A stretch of 63,434 nucleotides of DNA from contig NW_013657679.1 in assembly GCF_000142905.1 (NCBI RefSeq), positions 510,114 through 573,547 on the forward strand, written 5' to 3'. The first letter of the stretch is position 1; every line of letters starts with the position of its first letter. Below, piece after piece: positions 30,432-42,298 of this stretch. Source of the stretch: Thecamonas trahens ATCC 50062 (lineage: Eukaryota > Protista > Apusomonadida). A program made the position numbers and the translations under genes. The notes below the pieces were generated by a model. It had not been told where the DNA came from. It did not search any database and worked only from the letters and a program-made list of their open reading frames with translations.

Positions 30432-31523
30432 CTAGCCCTTGGCGGCCTTAGAGTTGACGAGGACGTACTCGGTGGGTGCGGTCCCAAGCGTGATGACGTC
30501 CTTGGCGCGGAGCTCGTAGTACTTGGCCGGCGGGACGCGGTCGCCATTGACAAACGTGCCGCCGGCCGAGTTGAGGTCAATGATGTACGGTTTGACGGTG
30601 GTGCGGATGACATCCGGCGCGTCACCGGCCTTGGTCACCCTCACTCGGCGGTGCTGGAGGACCGCGTGCTGTGGCGCGACGGTCTGGTGGCCGACGACAA
30701 CGTGCGCGACCCGCGGATCCGAGCCGACCAGAAAGTGCGACTGCGAGCAGACGTAGAGCGGCGCGGTAGCGCCATCATTGTCGCCGTCGTCGTCAAAGAC
30801 AAAGAGCACCCACTTTTTCTTGGGCACAGCCGCATCGTCCGGCTCGACGTACTTTAGCACCACGCCGTTGACCGTGTTGCTCTCGGCCGCCAGCAGGCCG
30901 GACGTGGCCAGATTGGGCTTGACCGCAGCGGCCTTGTCGCCCTCTCCGCCGTTGCCACCCGGGCGTACCTCGTTCTGGGACGGAAGCGGTCCGCCGCCAC
31001 CCCAGTGCGCCCGCAGCGCCTCGCGGGCCTCGGCCTCGCTCACCTGATCAACCCGATCGGCGTCGCGCTCCCTTGACCGCGATCGAGACCGCCCGCCTCC
31101 TGACTTGCTCACCTCGGCAGACGCCGAGCCGCTACCAACTCGCCGCCGCCGCCGCCGCCTGCTGCCCGAGCTGCGGACTCTGTGCCGGCGGGATCTGTGC
31201 GTGTGCGAGCGGCGGGAGCGCGCCCGCGAGCTCGAGTGCGGCTCGGCCCCGGATCCCACCCCAGATCCCCGACCTTCGCCTGTACCCGAGGCCTCAGCCG
31301 ATGAGCTCCGCCGCCGCCTGCGACTGTTCCGCGACCTGCTGTCCTCGCTCTTCCCGCTCCGCCTCCGCCTGCCGTCCTTATCCCGGTGGCGACTGCTCCG
31401 GCTGCTCCGGCTGCTCCGGCTGCTCCGGCTGCTTCGACTGCTCCGGCTGCTCCGCCCCGGCTCGCCGCCCTTGGCCTCGAGAACCTCGTGTCCGAGGCCG
31501 GCCGACTCTGCCATGGCTGCCAT
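30432..31523 (-). CDS. SNIP1: SNIP1/Pml1-like FHA domain protein (RES complex)
   Basis: RS-rich N-terminus; [74 protein letters not shown]...EYVL. Confidence 0.92.
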   Translation of the reverse strand: MAAMAESAGLGHEVLEAKGGEPGRSSRSSRSSRSSRSSRSSRSSRHRDKDGRRRRSGKSEDSRSRNSRRRRRSSSAEASGTGEGRGSGVGSGAEPHSSSRARSRRSHTHRSRRHRVRSSGSRRRRRRRVGSGSASAEVSKSGGGRSRSRSRERDADRVDQVSEAEAREALRAHWGGGGPLPSQNEVRPGGNGGEGDKAAAVKPNLATSGLLAAESNTVNGVVLKYVEPDDAAVPKKKWVLFVFDDDGDNDGATAPLYVCSQSHFLVGSDPRVAHVVVGHQTVAPQHAVLQHRRVRVTKAGDAPDVIRTTVKPYIIDLNSAGGTFVNGDRVPPAKYYELRAKDVITLGTAPTEYVLVNSKAAKG

Positions 31524-31854
31524 GCCCGACCCTGCCGCGGTGCGGTGGAGCGTGTGGTGTAGCGAGAGAACACAGACCGAAGACCAAGGTCGAGAGGCTG
31601 CTGTCAAAGAGCATGTGCGGTGGCAGTGCGACACTCGCCACTACCCCCCCCCCCCCCCCCCGCCGGCCATCGGTCGCCTTGCACCAACCACCGACAGACA
31701 GCCGACGGCCGACGGCCGACCGACGGCCAGCGGCGACCCCTCCACCTTTCCACCAGAGGCCACCCTCACCCCACTCCTGCACACACATCTACTCCCCCTC
31801 CCCCCCTCCCCCAACCCCAACCCTCTACTCCCCCTACCCCCCACACCCATCGTC

Positions 31855-33297
31855 ATGTCTTCCCCTGACCGTTCAGCACCCGTGGCCGTTCCCGGCGGGG
31901 CGTGGCGTTCGTCGCAAGATTTTCCGTCGTCTGTGGCCTCACCTCCGGGTGGGGCAAGCCCACCAGGACGGCGGGCGTGGCCATCGTCGCCGTCAAAGCA
32001 GGGCTCGCGGAATGGCGAGTCCCGCGGTTGGCGCGACATGCCGCGCAACGAGCCGCGTGACCGTGAGAGAGCCCGTGACGGCCGCTCTGGGGGCGGCCGC
32101 TCCCGGTCGGCCCGCGACAGAGACCGCGGCTCGCGCCGTCGTGGCGACAGAGACCGCGGCGGGAACGACGGCGGCGGCGGCGACAAGCGCCGGTATGGCG
32201 GCCGCGGCTACGGCCGCGACAGAGATCGCAGCTTCCACTCGGTCTCCAACGGCGGCATGTCTGCAGGCTTCCTCTACGACCTTGTCGAGCGGCTCAACGA
32301 GCGCCCGGCGCCTTCGCCCGTCACCTCCGGCCCGTACTCGTACTCACACGAGGCCATTGCCACTTTTTTCTCGCCGCTCGCGGCCTTTCCAGGCTCGGCC
32401 CTCGACGACCCGACTGTCGCCAATCTGTTCCAGGAGCGTGCCCGCGGGCCCGAGTCGTCCAAGGAAATTGAATGGGCCGGCCCGCCGCCGCGGACCCGCC
32501 GCGGCGACGACGGCGACGACGCTCTGCGGGTGAATACCCAAAATGCATGGGGTTCGCGCTCGGCCGTCCAAGAGACGCCGACGCCCACAGCTGACGCCGC
32601 CGACGACGACGGCTGGGAGGTTGTGGGCGCCAAGACCGCACGCAAGAAGGAGGAGCGCGCCGCCGAGCGCGCCGCCGAGCGCGCCGCCGAGCGCGCCGCC
32701 GAGCTTGCCCGCGCCGCGCCCGAGCCGCTGGTTACCGGCTCGCGCCTCGCGGCCGCTGCCGTCGCCGCTACCTCGCCCACCATGACCGGCTCCTCGCCGC
32801 CAACCGTCTCGGTCGAGACGAGTCTCTCGTCGTCGCCGCCGTCCGTCGCCGCCATCGCCGCTTCGGGCGCTCTACCCTCCCCGGCCGCCCTCGGCTCGCC
32901 GGCCTTTGCCGCCGCCGCTGCCGGCAACTTCCACCCTGCGCTTGCCCCGGCCAGCTACCACTCGCTCCAGTGGCGGTACGTTGACCCATCGGGCAACGTC
33001 CAGGGGCCGTTCCCGTCGTCGCGCATGCATGACTGGGCCGAGGCCGGTGCCTTTAACGCCGTCGACGACCTGCAGCTGCAGCGTTGCGACAACGGCGCCT
33101 CTGCCTTCCTCTCCCAGCTCATGTACGAGCGCAAGACGCCGTTCAACCCTCAGCACCCCATCTACCACCTCCACACCCAGGCGGCGATCCAGGCCAAGGC
33201 GCAGGCTCAGGCGCAGGCACTTGCCCAGGCGCAGGCTCAGGCGCAGGCTCAGGCGCAGGCGCAGGCTCAGGCGCAGGCGCAGGCTCAGGCTCAGGCG

Positions 33298-33341
<44 letters not shown>

Positions 33342-34753
33342 CGCGCTCATGCAGCACCAGGCGCAGCAGCGCCAGGCGCAGCAGCTCCAGGCGCAGCAGC
33401 AGGCTGCCCAGCAGGCACTCCTCCGTGCGCAGCAAGTCAAGCAGCAGGCCAAGGCCGAGGCAGCCGCCGCCCGCGAGCAGGCCCAGCGTCGTGCCGATGA
33501 AGAGCGCGTCCGCGCCGCCGCCAAGACCTCGTCAGGCCGCGAGTCGGGCTCGGCCTGGGCAACTGCCGACGCCGAGCGCCAGAAGCGTCAGGCCGCAGTC
33601 AACCTCCGCCACGCGCAGGCGCAGGCCAAGGCGCAGGCCAAGGCGCAGGCTCAGGCGCAGGCTCGTGCGCAAGCTCAAGCGCAGGCTCAGGCGCAGCAGC
33701 AAGCCCGAGTCGCCGCTGCTGCCATCAAAGCTGAGCCGGCCATGACTTTTGCCGAGATCCAGGAGCAGCAGGCGGCTTGGGAGGCCCAGCGCCGTGCCCA
33801 GGCCGAGGCCGAGGCTGCCCGCAAGCGCGAGGAGGACCGCCTTCACAAGAAGCTGGGTTGGAAGGGCGGTGCTGGTGCGCAGCGCAGCGGGAGCGGCCTC
33901 TCGCTCCGCGAAATCCAGGAGCAGCAGGCGGCCATCGACGCCGCACGGGCGGCCAAGGCGCGCCCGGTCAAGACCGGCATGTTTGGCCGGGCCGGGCCGA
34001 CGCCCGCTGCGGGCTCGGGGCGGCGCAACAAGTCGCTCCTGGAGATCCAGGCCGAGCAGGAGGCGCTCGAGGCGAAGCGCGCCGAGGCGACCCGTCGCCA
34101 GGCCTCCGCCCGCGCTGCGGCCCGGCCAGCCCCGGTTGCGGGCGCCCCCCGGCTACGGCTCGGCCGGCGCCGTGGCCAAGTTCCACTCGATCCGCGCCAT
34201 GCTCGATTGATAGTTAAGGAGGTAAGTCGTTTNNNNNNNNNNNNNNNNNNNNNNNNNNNNNNNNNNNNNNNNNNNNNNNNNNNNNNNNNNNNNNNNNNNN
34301 NNNNNNNNNNNNNNNNNNNNNNNNNNNNNNNNNNNNNNNNNNNNNNNNNNNNNNNNNNNNNNNNNNNNNNNNNNNNNNNNNNNNNNNNNNNNNNNNNNNN
34401 NNNNNNNTTGCCGCCGCCGGGCGGGACCGGACGGGCGCTCCGGCTCCGGCGGTTGGGCTAGCACCGCCGCCGCGCCCAAGAAGGACCCACTCGACGATCT
34501 TGACCGCCCTTCGCCTGCCACCCTCAACTGGTTCGCCGGGCAGATGCGCCGGCTGACCGGTGACGACAGCACCGACATTCTCAACACGCTGTGGTCAATC
34601 GAGACGCCTGCCCAGATGCGGGAGATTCTTGTGGCCGCCGTCGGGCAAGACGGCGCCCCGCTCGCCAAGCAGCTCATCAAGCGTCGGACCAAGGACCGCA
34701 AGTCGATCGTCTCGCTCGGCTCGGCGACGTCGGCCCGCAAGCAGCGCCGGTAA
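31855..34753 (+). CDS. GYF domain protein, GIGYF/Smy2-like (interrupted by gap 34233-34407)
   Basis: [28 protein letters not shown] (GYF domain), YSYSHEAI (4E-binding-like), AQ repeats and SL(R/L)EIQ motifs. A C-terminal helical segment after the gap ends at TAA 34753. Confidence 0.8.
33196..33340 (+). repeat. Coding (GCKCAG)n repeat encoding poly-AQ
   Basis: GCGCAG/GCTCAG units inside the GYF gene. Confidence 0.9.
34233..34407. other. Assembly gap
   Basis: N run. Confidence 1.
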
Positions 34754-34784
34754 AGGATGTTTAACGCATGGTCATATGCCGTCG

Positions 34785-37065
34785 TCAGTCACGCTTGTGG
34801 TGCTTGGAGCGGATGACGACCACGCCGCGCGCCCGGAACTTGCGGACGAGCGCAATCGAGACATGTTGCGAGCCGTAGATGTCGAGCGACCGCAGATGCG
34901 GCGCGGTGTCGTAAAGAACCGCCAGCGGTGCGTCGGTGATGCTGGCGCATCCGGCGATCGAGAGCGAGCGCAGGTGCGGGAGGTCGGCAAAGACGACAAG
35001 CGCTGCCTGGTCGGTGATCGCCGTGTTGGAGCAGTCGAGGTGCCGCAACCGGCTCGCAGCCCGGTGCAGCGCAAGGAGCCCCGTGTCGTCGAGCGACGTC
35101 CGCGCCACGTCGACGTCACGGAGGAGGGCACCGGTGGCAAAGACCCGGCTCAGCGCCGGGGACGTCACCTCGCCGGCGCCCGACACGTCGACGTGCTGCA
35201 CATTGGGGCAACAGTCGGCAAGTGCGTCGAGCACAGCGTCAGCGAGCGCGGGCATGCCCGCGACCACAAACGACGAGAGGAGCGGGCCGGCGGTGGCCGC
35301 CAGCCGCGCGAGGCTCGCGCAGGTTAGCAGCGAGCATCCCGAGGCGTTAAAGTCGATGCGAGCCGAGGTCCGCGGCATGTGCGCTACAAACGCACGGAGC
35401 GCAGCGTCGGTAAGCTGCGTGCACCATGCCATGTTGAGCCGCGCGAGCGCCACAATGCCAGGCCCGAGCAGCGCCTCGATGCCCGAGTCGGTCACAGTTT
35501 CGTTGCCCGAGATGTCGAGCGCGGTGAGTGACGCCGCGTGACTGCCGAGCGCGGCGAGGCCACGGTCGCTCAGCGAGCTATCGGCAGCGACGAGGGTGGT
35601 CAAATGCGGGCACGACGAGGCAATGGTGATGTACGCGGCGTCGGTGAGCTTGGTCGCTCCGCGCAGGTCGAGGCTGACCATGCCCGGTCGCAGGAGCGGG
35701 ACGAGGCTTGAGTCGTCGAGCCGGCCGTTGTCGAGCATCTCGGCGAGGAGGAACGGGACGTCGACGTCAGCGACGTGCTTGAGCCTGTGGGCCATGCGGT
35801 CGCGCGGCCCGGTGAGCTCCTTGGAGGCCTCGAGAAGTGCAGTGTCCATGTTGAGCGCGGCGTTGACGTTGGCCAACGACGAGGCCGGAATCCGCGGCGG
35901 GAGGTGCCGTGCGTTTGGCGATGCAATCGATGCCCGCCGCGCAATCGGCGATGGCATCTCATTGCGGAGGTGTGGGAACATGCGCGCTGCTGCGGCGGAG
36001 GCCTGTGGCGGAGAGCCTGGCGGCGTGCTGGCAGGTGCCACCGACTCGACTGACCGTGACGGCCGGAGCGACCTGCTAGATTCGCTCGGAGGGACGTCGA
36101 CGTTGCTGCTATCGTCGACAACCACAATGCCGTCGAGGTTGTCGGCCGAGGCAGCGGCTGCCGAATCAGACGCTGCCGTCGACTTGGATGATGACGTCGC
36201 CGCTGTCGATGCCGTCGACTGCTCACTCGAGTCCGAGCCCGAGTCCGTGCCTGAGCCCGAACCGTTTGACGGCGCAGTGACGACCGCAACCGGCACGAGG
36301 CCGGCGTCGCCGCCACCGTCACTACTGCTGGCCTTGGCCTTTGCCGCGACATCAGCCGGGTCGCGGACGCTCTCGACCCGCACAAGCTTGCCACAGTTGG
36401 GTGCAGCAGTAAAGTACGGGACACCGTCGACCGAGCCGCTATGCTTGCCGCGTGGGCGATCGAGCTCGAGTCCGACCCACACGCCGGGCGCAAAGTCGGT
36501 AAAGCCGACAAACCGGACCGTGCCCAGGTTTCCGTCGCGGTCTGCGGCACGCGAGCCGAGCGCAACCTTTGACTGGGCCTGCTTCAGCTGAGGGAGCGAG
36601 GGCAAGCCGACGGCGGCGAGCCGTTGGGCGATGTGTGGCGGGATCCGTGCGCGGACGGCCGGCGAGAGCGGTTGGGTTCCAAAGTCTGAGGCCATGGACG
36701 ACGTGCGCGAGAGCTGCGGCGTCATCGGCGTCATCGGTGTCGATGCCTCGGCCGAGATCATGCCCGGGCGCACAAACTTGGCGTGCTTGGACTTGGCGGC
36801 AAAGTAGGCCACGCCGTCGACCGAGCCGTCGCCTGACCCGACCCTGGCGTCCATCTCCAGTCCGACCCACACCTCGCCAGCCTGACCAAACTCTGTCTCG
36901 CCCACAAACCGCACCGATCCCGTATTTCCGTGCTGTGGCCGTTACAAGTGAGTGGTGTGGTGTGTGTGTGGTGGGGAGGGGGAGGGGAGGGGGAGGGGAG
37001 GGGGAGGTGGTGGGAGTGTGGCGTACTCTGTCGGCCACTCTGTCGCCCACCGACCACGTCTCCAT
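34785..37065 (-). CDS. Tandem CAP-Gly domains + leucine-rich repeats (AMN1/FBXL-like) (2 exons: 37065-37027, 36932-34785)
   Basis: Two VRFVGxTxF...WVGLE.D...G...GSVDGV.YF motifs and C-terminal LDxSGxxxVTD LRRs. Intron 37026-36933 (GTACGC...CACTCAC...CAG), phase 0. Confidence 0.9.
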
Positions 37066-37103
37066 GGCCAGCAGGGGGTGAGCAGGGGGTGGGCAGGGGA
37101 AAT

Positions 37104-37352
37104 NNNNNNNNNNNNNNNNNNNNNNNNNNNNNNNNNNNNNNNNNNNNNNNNNNNNNNNNNNNNNNNNNNNNNNNNNNNNNNNNNNNNNNNNNNNNNNNNN
37201 NNNNNNNNNNNNNNNNNNNNNNNNNNNNNNNNNNNNNNNNNNNNNNNNNNNNNNNNNNNNNNNNNNNNNNNNNNNNNNNNNNNNNNNNNNNNNNNNNNNN
37301 NNNNNNNNNNNNNNNNNNNNNNNNNNNNNNNNNNNNNNNNNNNNNNNNNNNN
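37104..37352. other. Assembly gap
   Basis: N run. Confidence 1.
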
Positions 37353-37431
37353 AAAGCGGTAGACGGTGGTGGGGTGGGGGTGGTGGTGGTGGTGGAGTGG
37401 TATGCGGTGTGGGTGTGCGGGAGTGGCAGGT

Positions 37432-37513
37432 GGGGCGGTGAGCGGTGGGCGGTGAGCGGTGGGCGGTGGGCGGTGAGCGGTGGGCGGTGAGCGGTGAGCG
37501 GTGAGCGGTGGGC
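37432..37513. repeat. (GCGGTGR)n heptamer repeat in divergent intergenic region
   Basis: About 11 units of GCGGTGA/GCGGTGG. Confidence 0.85.
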
Positions 37514-37668
37514 GAAGTGCAGTCCTCAATTTGGGCAGTCACAGTTGGTAAGACTGGGGTGCAGCCACTGCTGCAGCGTGGCAGTTAGTTAAGCGAGAAG
37601 CCGGACGGGGGAGAGTGGGAGTAGGCTACTTCTCTCTCTTCGCAGCTACACTCCACACCCCCAGCACA

Positions 37669-38185
37669 ATGGCTACTGATACTACCTGGGAGACACCCAA
37701 GACCTACCTGTTTGCTGCAGATGGCTCCGAGCCGTCCAAGAGGGTACGTCACACGGACTTTAAGCACTTGGCACGCGGCGGGGCGCATGCCTCCTCCTCC
37801 CACCGCTACTCACCCCATCCACCCGTATGATGGCATGTAGGCGCTGACGTACCTGCTCGGGATGACCCGCCCGGGCGTGGATTCTGTCCATGTGGTGACG
37901 GTCACTGCTGACGACGCTGCGCCCGAAGAGCTCCAGTCGCTCGTCCATCACTACGTCCTCCAGCTGTGCGAGGCCAACATCGACGTCGAGCATGTCGAGC
38001 GCCACTCGGATGCGCCGGCAAAGGAGCTGTGTGCCGTCGCCGAGTCTGGCACGTACCACATGATGGTCATGGGCTCGCGCGGGCTGGGCAAGATCAAGTC
38101 CAAGCTCCTCGGCTCGGTCTCCGACTACTGCGTCCGCCACGCCTCCATTCCGGTCTGTATCGTCCGCGCTCCGCCCAAGGCATAA
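37669..38185 (+). CDS. Universal stress protein A family (2 exons: 37669-37743, 37841-38185)
   Basis: YLFAADGSEPSKR|ALTY..., MMVMGSRGLGKIKSKLLGSVSDYCVRHASIPVCIVR. Intron 37744-37840 (GTACGT...TACTCAC...TAG). Confidence 0.95.
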
Positions 38186-38228
38186 GGTGCATCGAGTGCA
38201 CCGGCTCCAGCCGAGTAAATGAGCATCT

Positions 38229-39848
38229 TTATCTCCCCCGCGGCGAGACCGCTGGCGAAGTGCCCGAGAGCGCTGTCGCGTTGAGCACGTCGTCGAGCTC
38301 GATCTGCGCATGCTGCTCGGCCTCGAGCGCACGCAGCTTGTCGAGAATGTCGGCCCACTCGGTGTCAAGCTCGACGAGGAGCCGCTGGCCGCACGGCCCC
38401 AGCGCCTCAATGCGCTTACGCGCCTCGATGTACTGCGCAAACAGGTGCTCGCGCTCGCGCTCCAGCGACAGGATCTTGGAAGACAGCTCGCCAATGATCC
38501 GCTGGAGCTTGGCGTTACTCGATGAGCACCTCTCCAGCGTCGCCACATCCTGCGCCAGGTTGGCCCGCTGCTTGCGGACGCGCAGAGCCTCCTGCTCCTG
38601 ACCCACCATCTGGACTCGCGCTTCGGCCGCAAAGATGGTCATCGAGACCTGAAGGTAAGACCGCGCAAGCAGGAGCGCCACAAGATAGAGGCCTTCGGCG
38701 GCGGCGTCGTCGACACCCACTGCCGTCGCCGACCGCAGCGCCACCAGCGCGTTCTCGCTCGCTATCCGGAGCGATGCTGCCTGCACAGCCGACAGCGCTA
38801 CACTGCCAGTGCCATCTTGGCTTGCGCTGCCGGCCCTGAGCTCGCGCGCCACAGCGGCGTGCGCCGCTTCCAGCACCGCCGACCGCGCCTGCGATGCGTG
38901 GATGTCGACTTGGAGCTGGTGTAGCTGCGCCACAAGCGCTGCAATCGACGCCTGGGCTATCGCAGCCTCGGCCTCCAGCGCCTCTGTCCGGCGCGACTCG
39001 GCTGCCCGAGCCGACAATAGTGCGTTCGCCAGGCTGTCCGCGCGGCTTGCCTGCGAGCTCCGCGAGGCCACTTCGGCCTGGGCTTGGGTAGCCGAGCTCG
39101 CCGAGTGCATGCGGCGGAGCACCGGACGCAGCGACTTGCGCACCGCCCGTGCGCCGTCGACCTCGCGCATCAAAGGCCCCAGCCCGTCTACCAGCCCGCG
39201 CCGCGCCTCGGCAACGGCGGCGTAGACATGGGCCTCCTGATTGGCGAGCTCCCTCGACCAGTCGCACGCTTCGCGCTCAACCTCGAACGCTACCGCGCCG
39301 GCGTATGCTTGGCGTGCCACTGCCAGCTGGTCGTCTAGTCTTTCGTTGTCGACCAGATCTCCACTGGAGGTGGCCGCAGCTGCTGCCGCGCCCAGCTTGT
39401 CTTCAGCCGCCAGTGTCGATGCCAGCGCCGTGCGGGCCAGAGCCTTCGCCGGATGACCAACATCGACCTCGTTCCATGCCGCCACCAGTGCCTCCACCAA
39501 GACAGCAATCGGATGGTCTGGCTCGCGCGCCGTCAGCACCGCCTCAGCCCGCACTCTGATCTCCTCGTCCAACCACGCAGGCGCCGCAGTCGAGGAGTCA
39601 GACGAGCGACGTTCGGTGCGAATACTGCCGCCAATCGCCTCCGCCACTGGCTATGCCACAAGGTCTGCCATCGTCTCTGGCGGCGGCGGACCAAACGACG
39701 CAGCTGTGGCCGCCAGAGCGGCTGTGGCCGCGTCTGCGGCTTCTGCGGCCTCGGCCGCCGCCGCTGCCGTCTGCGACGCCAGGCCGTTCATCGGCGGGCG
39801 ATCCAGCACTGCTTCCACCAGATCGACAGGTGAAGGCATTGGCTCCAT
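38229..39848 (-). CDS. Hypothetical coiled-coil protein with in-frame TAG at 39653-39651
   Basis: ORFs 39651..40109 and 38229..39647 share a frame and are separated only by TAG-CCA. Ala/Glu/Leu-rich heptad-like sequence; start uncertain. Confidence 0.6.
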
Positions 39849-40297
39849 CGTCGAGTGGCCATGGCCATGGGTGTCACGCGTTGCGGGCATGACCGGCTGG
39901 TGCGGGCGCGGCAAGTGCCAGAACGTGTGCCCGTGAGCAGGCGAAGCGGGCGGTGGACGGACCCACTGTTGCCAAGCCCAGGCAGGGTGTGGGCTACTCC
40001 ACATGGGCAGGCGTACAAGTGAGTGAGCGTGTGAGTGTGTGAGTGTGTGTGTGTGTGAGAGTGTGTGTGTGTGTTTGTCTGTGTGGAGTGTAGCTATGTA
40101 TGGCCCCATGGCCTGTCATCCATCCATACTGCCCCTGACCCAGTTGCCTCGCCAGTTCCGCAGTCGCTGCGGTGGCTGGCGACGGGCAACCGACACGAGA
40201 CAGAGACCATTCAACCACCACCACTGCCCTCCACGGCCGTCGACGTTCGCCTCGAACCACACACCGCATACACACCACTGTCTCTGTGGTGGCAAGC

Positions 40298-42235
40298 ATG
40301 CCGGCAAAGAAGGTCAAGGGCAAGGGCAAGGGCAAGGGCAATGGCAGGCGCAAGAAGGACAAGGGCAAGGAGCTGCCGGCCTCAGTCCCAGCCTCGGTCC
40401 TCGTCTCGTCGGACGTGTACAACCATCGTAGGCTCAAGGCCAAGGGCAAGGGCTCGTCGGTCCCGTTCCTTCTCCGCTGGGACCGCGATGTGCCGTACCA
40501 ACACGTCTCGCGCCGCGCTCTCGACGCTGTCATCACCGATGTCTTCAACCGCTTTGTCAAACTAGGCTGCGCAGACATCTCCGAGGCGCTCTCCACTTAC
40601 GTCGAGGCGCTTGTTGGATCGGGCGAGGCGCGGGTTTATGCGCTGTACAACTTCTTCCACGCCTGCTACACCTACCACACTGCCGCATCGCGTGCAGGCG
40701 CCCAGGCCGAGCTCGACTACCTCGCCGATGCCGCCGACGACGACGACGACGGCGAGGGCAAGAAGCTGTCCAAGCTGGCGACGTTTATGGCCAACCTAGC
40801 GTCATGCGGCTACAAGGTCTCGGACCTTAACATTCGCCTCGAGGGCGTTGGCCCCGAGTGCTATCTGGTCTCCAAGGGTCCCACCGGCGAGCCGTACGGT
40901 GCCGTGCCGGACTTTCTTCGCACCTCGGAGGAGAAGATCTACAACAAGGAGCTCGACTACGAGGTCGTTTCCACCCTCATCAAGGCGCTCTTTCTGCAAA
41001 AGGCGCACTTTGAGAAGAGCGCCAAGCGCGAGATGTCCATGACCAGGTTCTTCGGCTCGTACCTGGCCAAGAAGTTTGTGCGCGAGCCGCGGCTCGTTGT
41101 CGATTGGGCGTACAACGTTGTGTACTGGGCCGACCACTACCGCGGCTCGCCACAGGAGACCGATCCCACTGCGCCGTGCGCGCTCTTTCTCGACACTCTC
41201 TACCAAGAGACCGTCCATCTCGCGCTCGCCGGCATCGAGGCCGAGTCGTACGCCGCGCCCGAGCCCGCGCCCGGCCCCGTGCCGGCACCAGAATCCGGGC
41301 TCGAGTCGGATGCCGAGCCCGAGTCGCAGCCGGCCTCCGACGCGGCCTCCGACGCCGGCGACGGACAGGCTTTGTTGGCTGGCTCGCCGTCGTCGACGCT
41401 GCGCAAGTCGAACACCGAGCGGGCGATGGAAGTCGCCAAGGACGTCTTCTCTATCATCACTGTGGCTGAGAAGGAAGAGACCGAGAGGCTGGCGGCCGAG
41501 GCCGCGGCTGCGGCTGCAGCAGCACTGGCGGAGCCCGAGCAAGTTGTGCTCGAGGTGCCAGAGGAGCAGGTCGCCGAGCTCCGCGAGACTTGCCAGCTAG
41601 GCGAGGTGGAGGCTGTACAGGCAGTGCTGCGGCGGATGCACACGGCGCTTGACGCGGCGGCACAGGCGCAGGGCACTGTCTCCGAGACCAGCCACTCGAT
41701 GGGTGAGATCTTGCGCGGGGCGGTGAACCGGGCCGACGCTACCACCGGACTGACTGCGCTCCATGCAGCGGCGCGGTCGGGCTCGCCCGACATTGTCCAC
41801 CAGCTGCTGGTCATCGGCGCGCGAGTCTCTGCCGCAGCCCTCAACGGCTTCACCCCGCTTCACGTTGCGGCCTACCACGGGTTTGACGACGTGGTTCGGC
41901 TCCTCCTCGAGGCTGGAGCCGACCCGAACGCCATCGACCTCGACGGCCTCACCGCACTGCACCTCGCCGCCGGGCGCTCGCAGCTCACCGTCGCCGTCTT
42001 TCTGGACACGAGCTCGGCGTGGTATCCTTCGCTCGACGTCAACTGCACGACGCACGCGGGGTGGACGCCGCTGTTCATGGCGGCGCTGGCCGGGCACGCG
42101 CCAGTGGTGGAACTCCTGCTCTCGGCCGGCGCCGACAGGGGCGTCAAGTCGCAGATGGGGCGGACGGCGCTCGACTACGGCGCGCGGTTCGACGAGGTCA
42201 AGGAGCTCCTCGAGCAGCCGACAGGAAACGAGTAG
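40298..42235 (+). CDS. Ankyrin repeat protein with N-terminal TSNAXIP1-like helical region
   Basis: Ankyrin repeats TGLTALHAAA, NGFTPLHVAA, DGLTALHLAA, AGWTPLFMAA, GRTALD. Segment FFGSYLAKKF...VVDWAYNVVY...CALFLDTL recalls TSNAXIP1 (weaker call). Confidence 0.88.
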   Translation: MPAKKVKGKGKGKGNGRRKKDKGKELPASVPASVLVSSDVYNHRRLKAKGKGSSVPFLLRWDRDVPYQHVSRRALDAVITDVFNRFVKLGCADISEALSTYVEALVGSGEARVYALYNFFHACYTYHTAASRAGAQAELDYLADAADDDDDGEGKKLSKLATFMANLASCGYKVSDLNIRLEGVGPECYLVSKGPTGEPYGAVPDFLRTSEEKIYNKELDYEVVSTLIKALFLQKAHFEKSAKREMSMTRFFGSYLAKKFVREPRLVVDWAYNVVYWADHYRGSPQETDPTAPCALFLDTLYQETVHLALAGIEAESYAAPEPAPGPVPAPESGLESDAEPESQPASDAASDAGDGQALLAGSPSSTLRKSNTERAMEVAKDVFSIITVAEKEETERLAAEAAAAAAAALAEPEQVVLEVPEEQVAELRETCQLGEVEAVQAVLRRMHTALDAAAQAQGTVSETSHSMGEILRGAVNRADATTGLTALHAAARSGSPDIVHQLLVIGARVSAAALNGFTPLHVAAYHGFDDVVRLLLEAGADPNAIDLDGLTALHLAAGRSQLTVAVFLDTSSAWYPSLDVNCTTHAGWTPLFMAALAGHAPVVELLLSAGADRGVKSQMGRTALDYGARFDEVKELLEQPTGNE

Positions 42236-42298
42236 GCAAAGAAGGTTGGTAAGGTGTGTGGGGGGTTGTGTGTTCAATGCGACTCTTGTGTGCGCCAG

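Noticed and set aside
34150-34232. AAGGAGGT Shine-Dalgarno-like or GTAAGT donor-like sequence before the gap in the GYF gene
   Set aside because: Lies in a degraded contig end where the reading frame loses coherence, so it cannot be interpreted.
39651-39653. Genetic-code reassignment of TAG or pyrrolysine
   Set aside because: TAG terminates well-defined genes in the same window at the expected C-termini (TRM112, Rab32, myosin).
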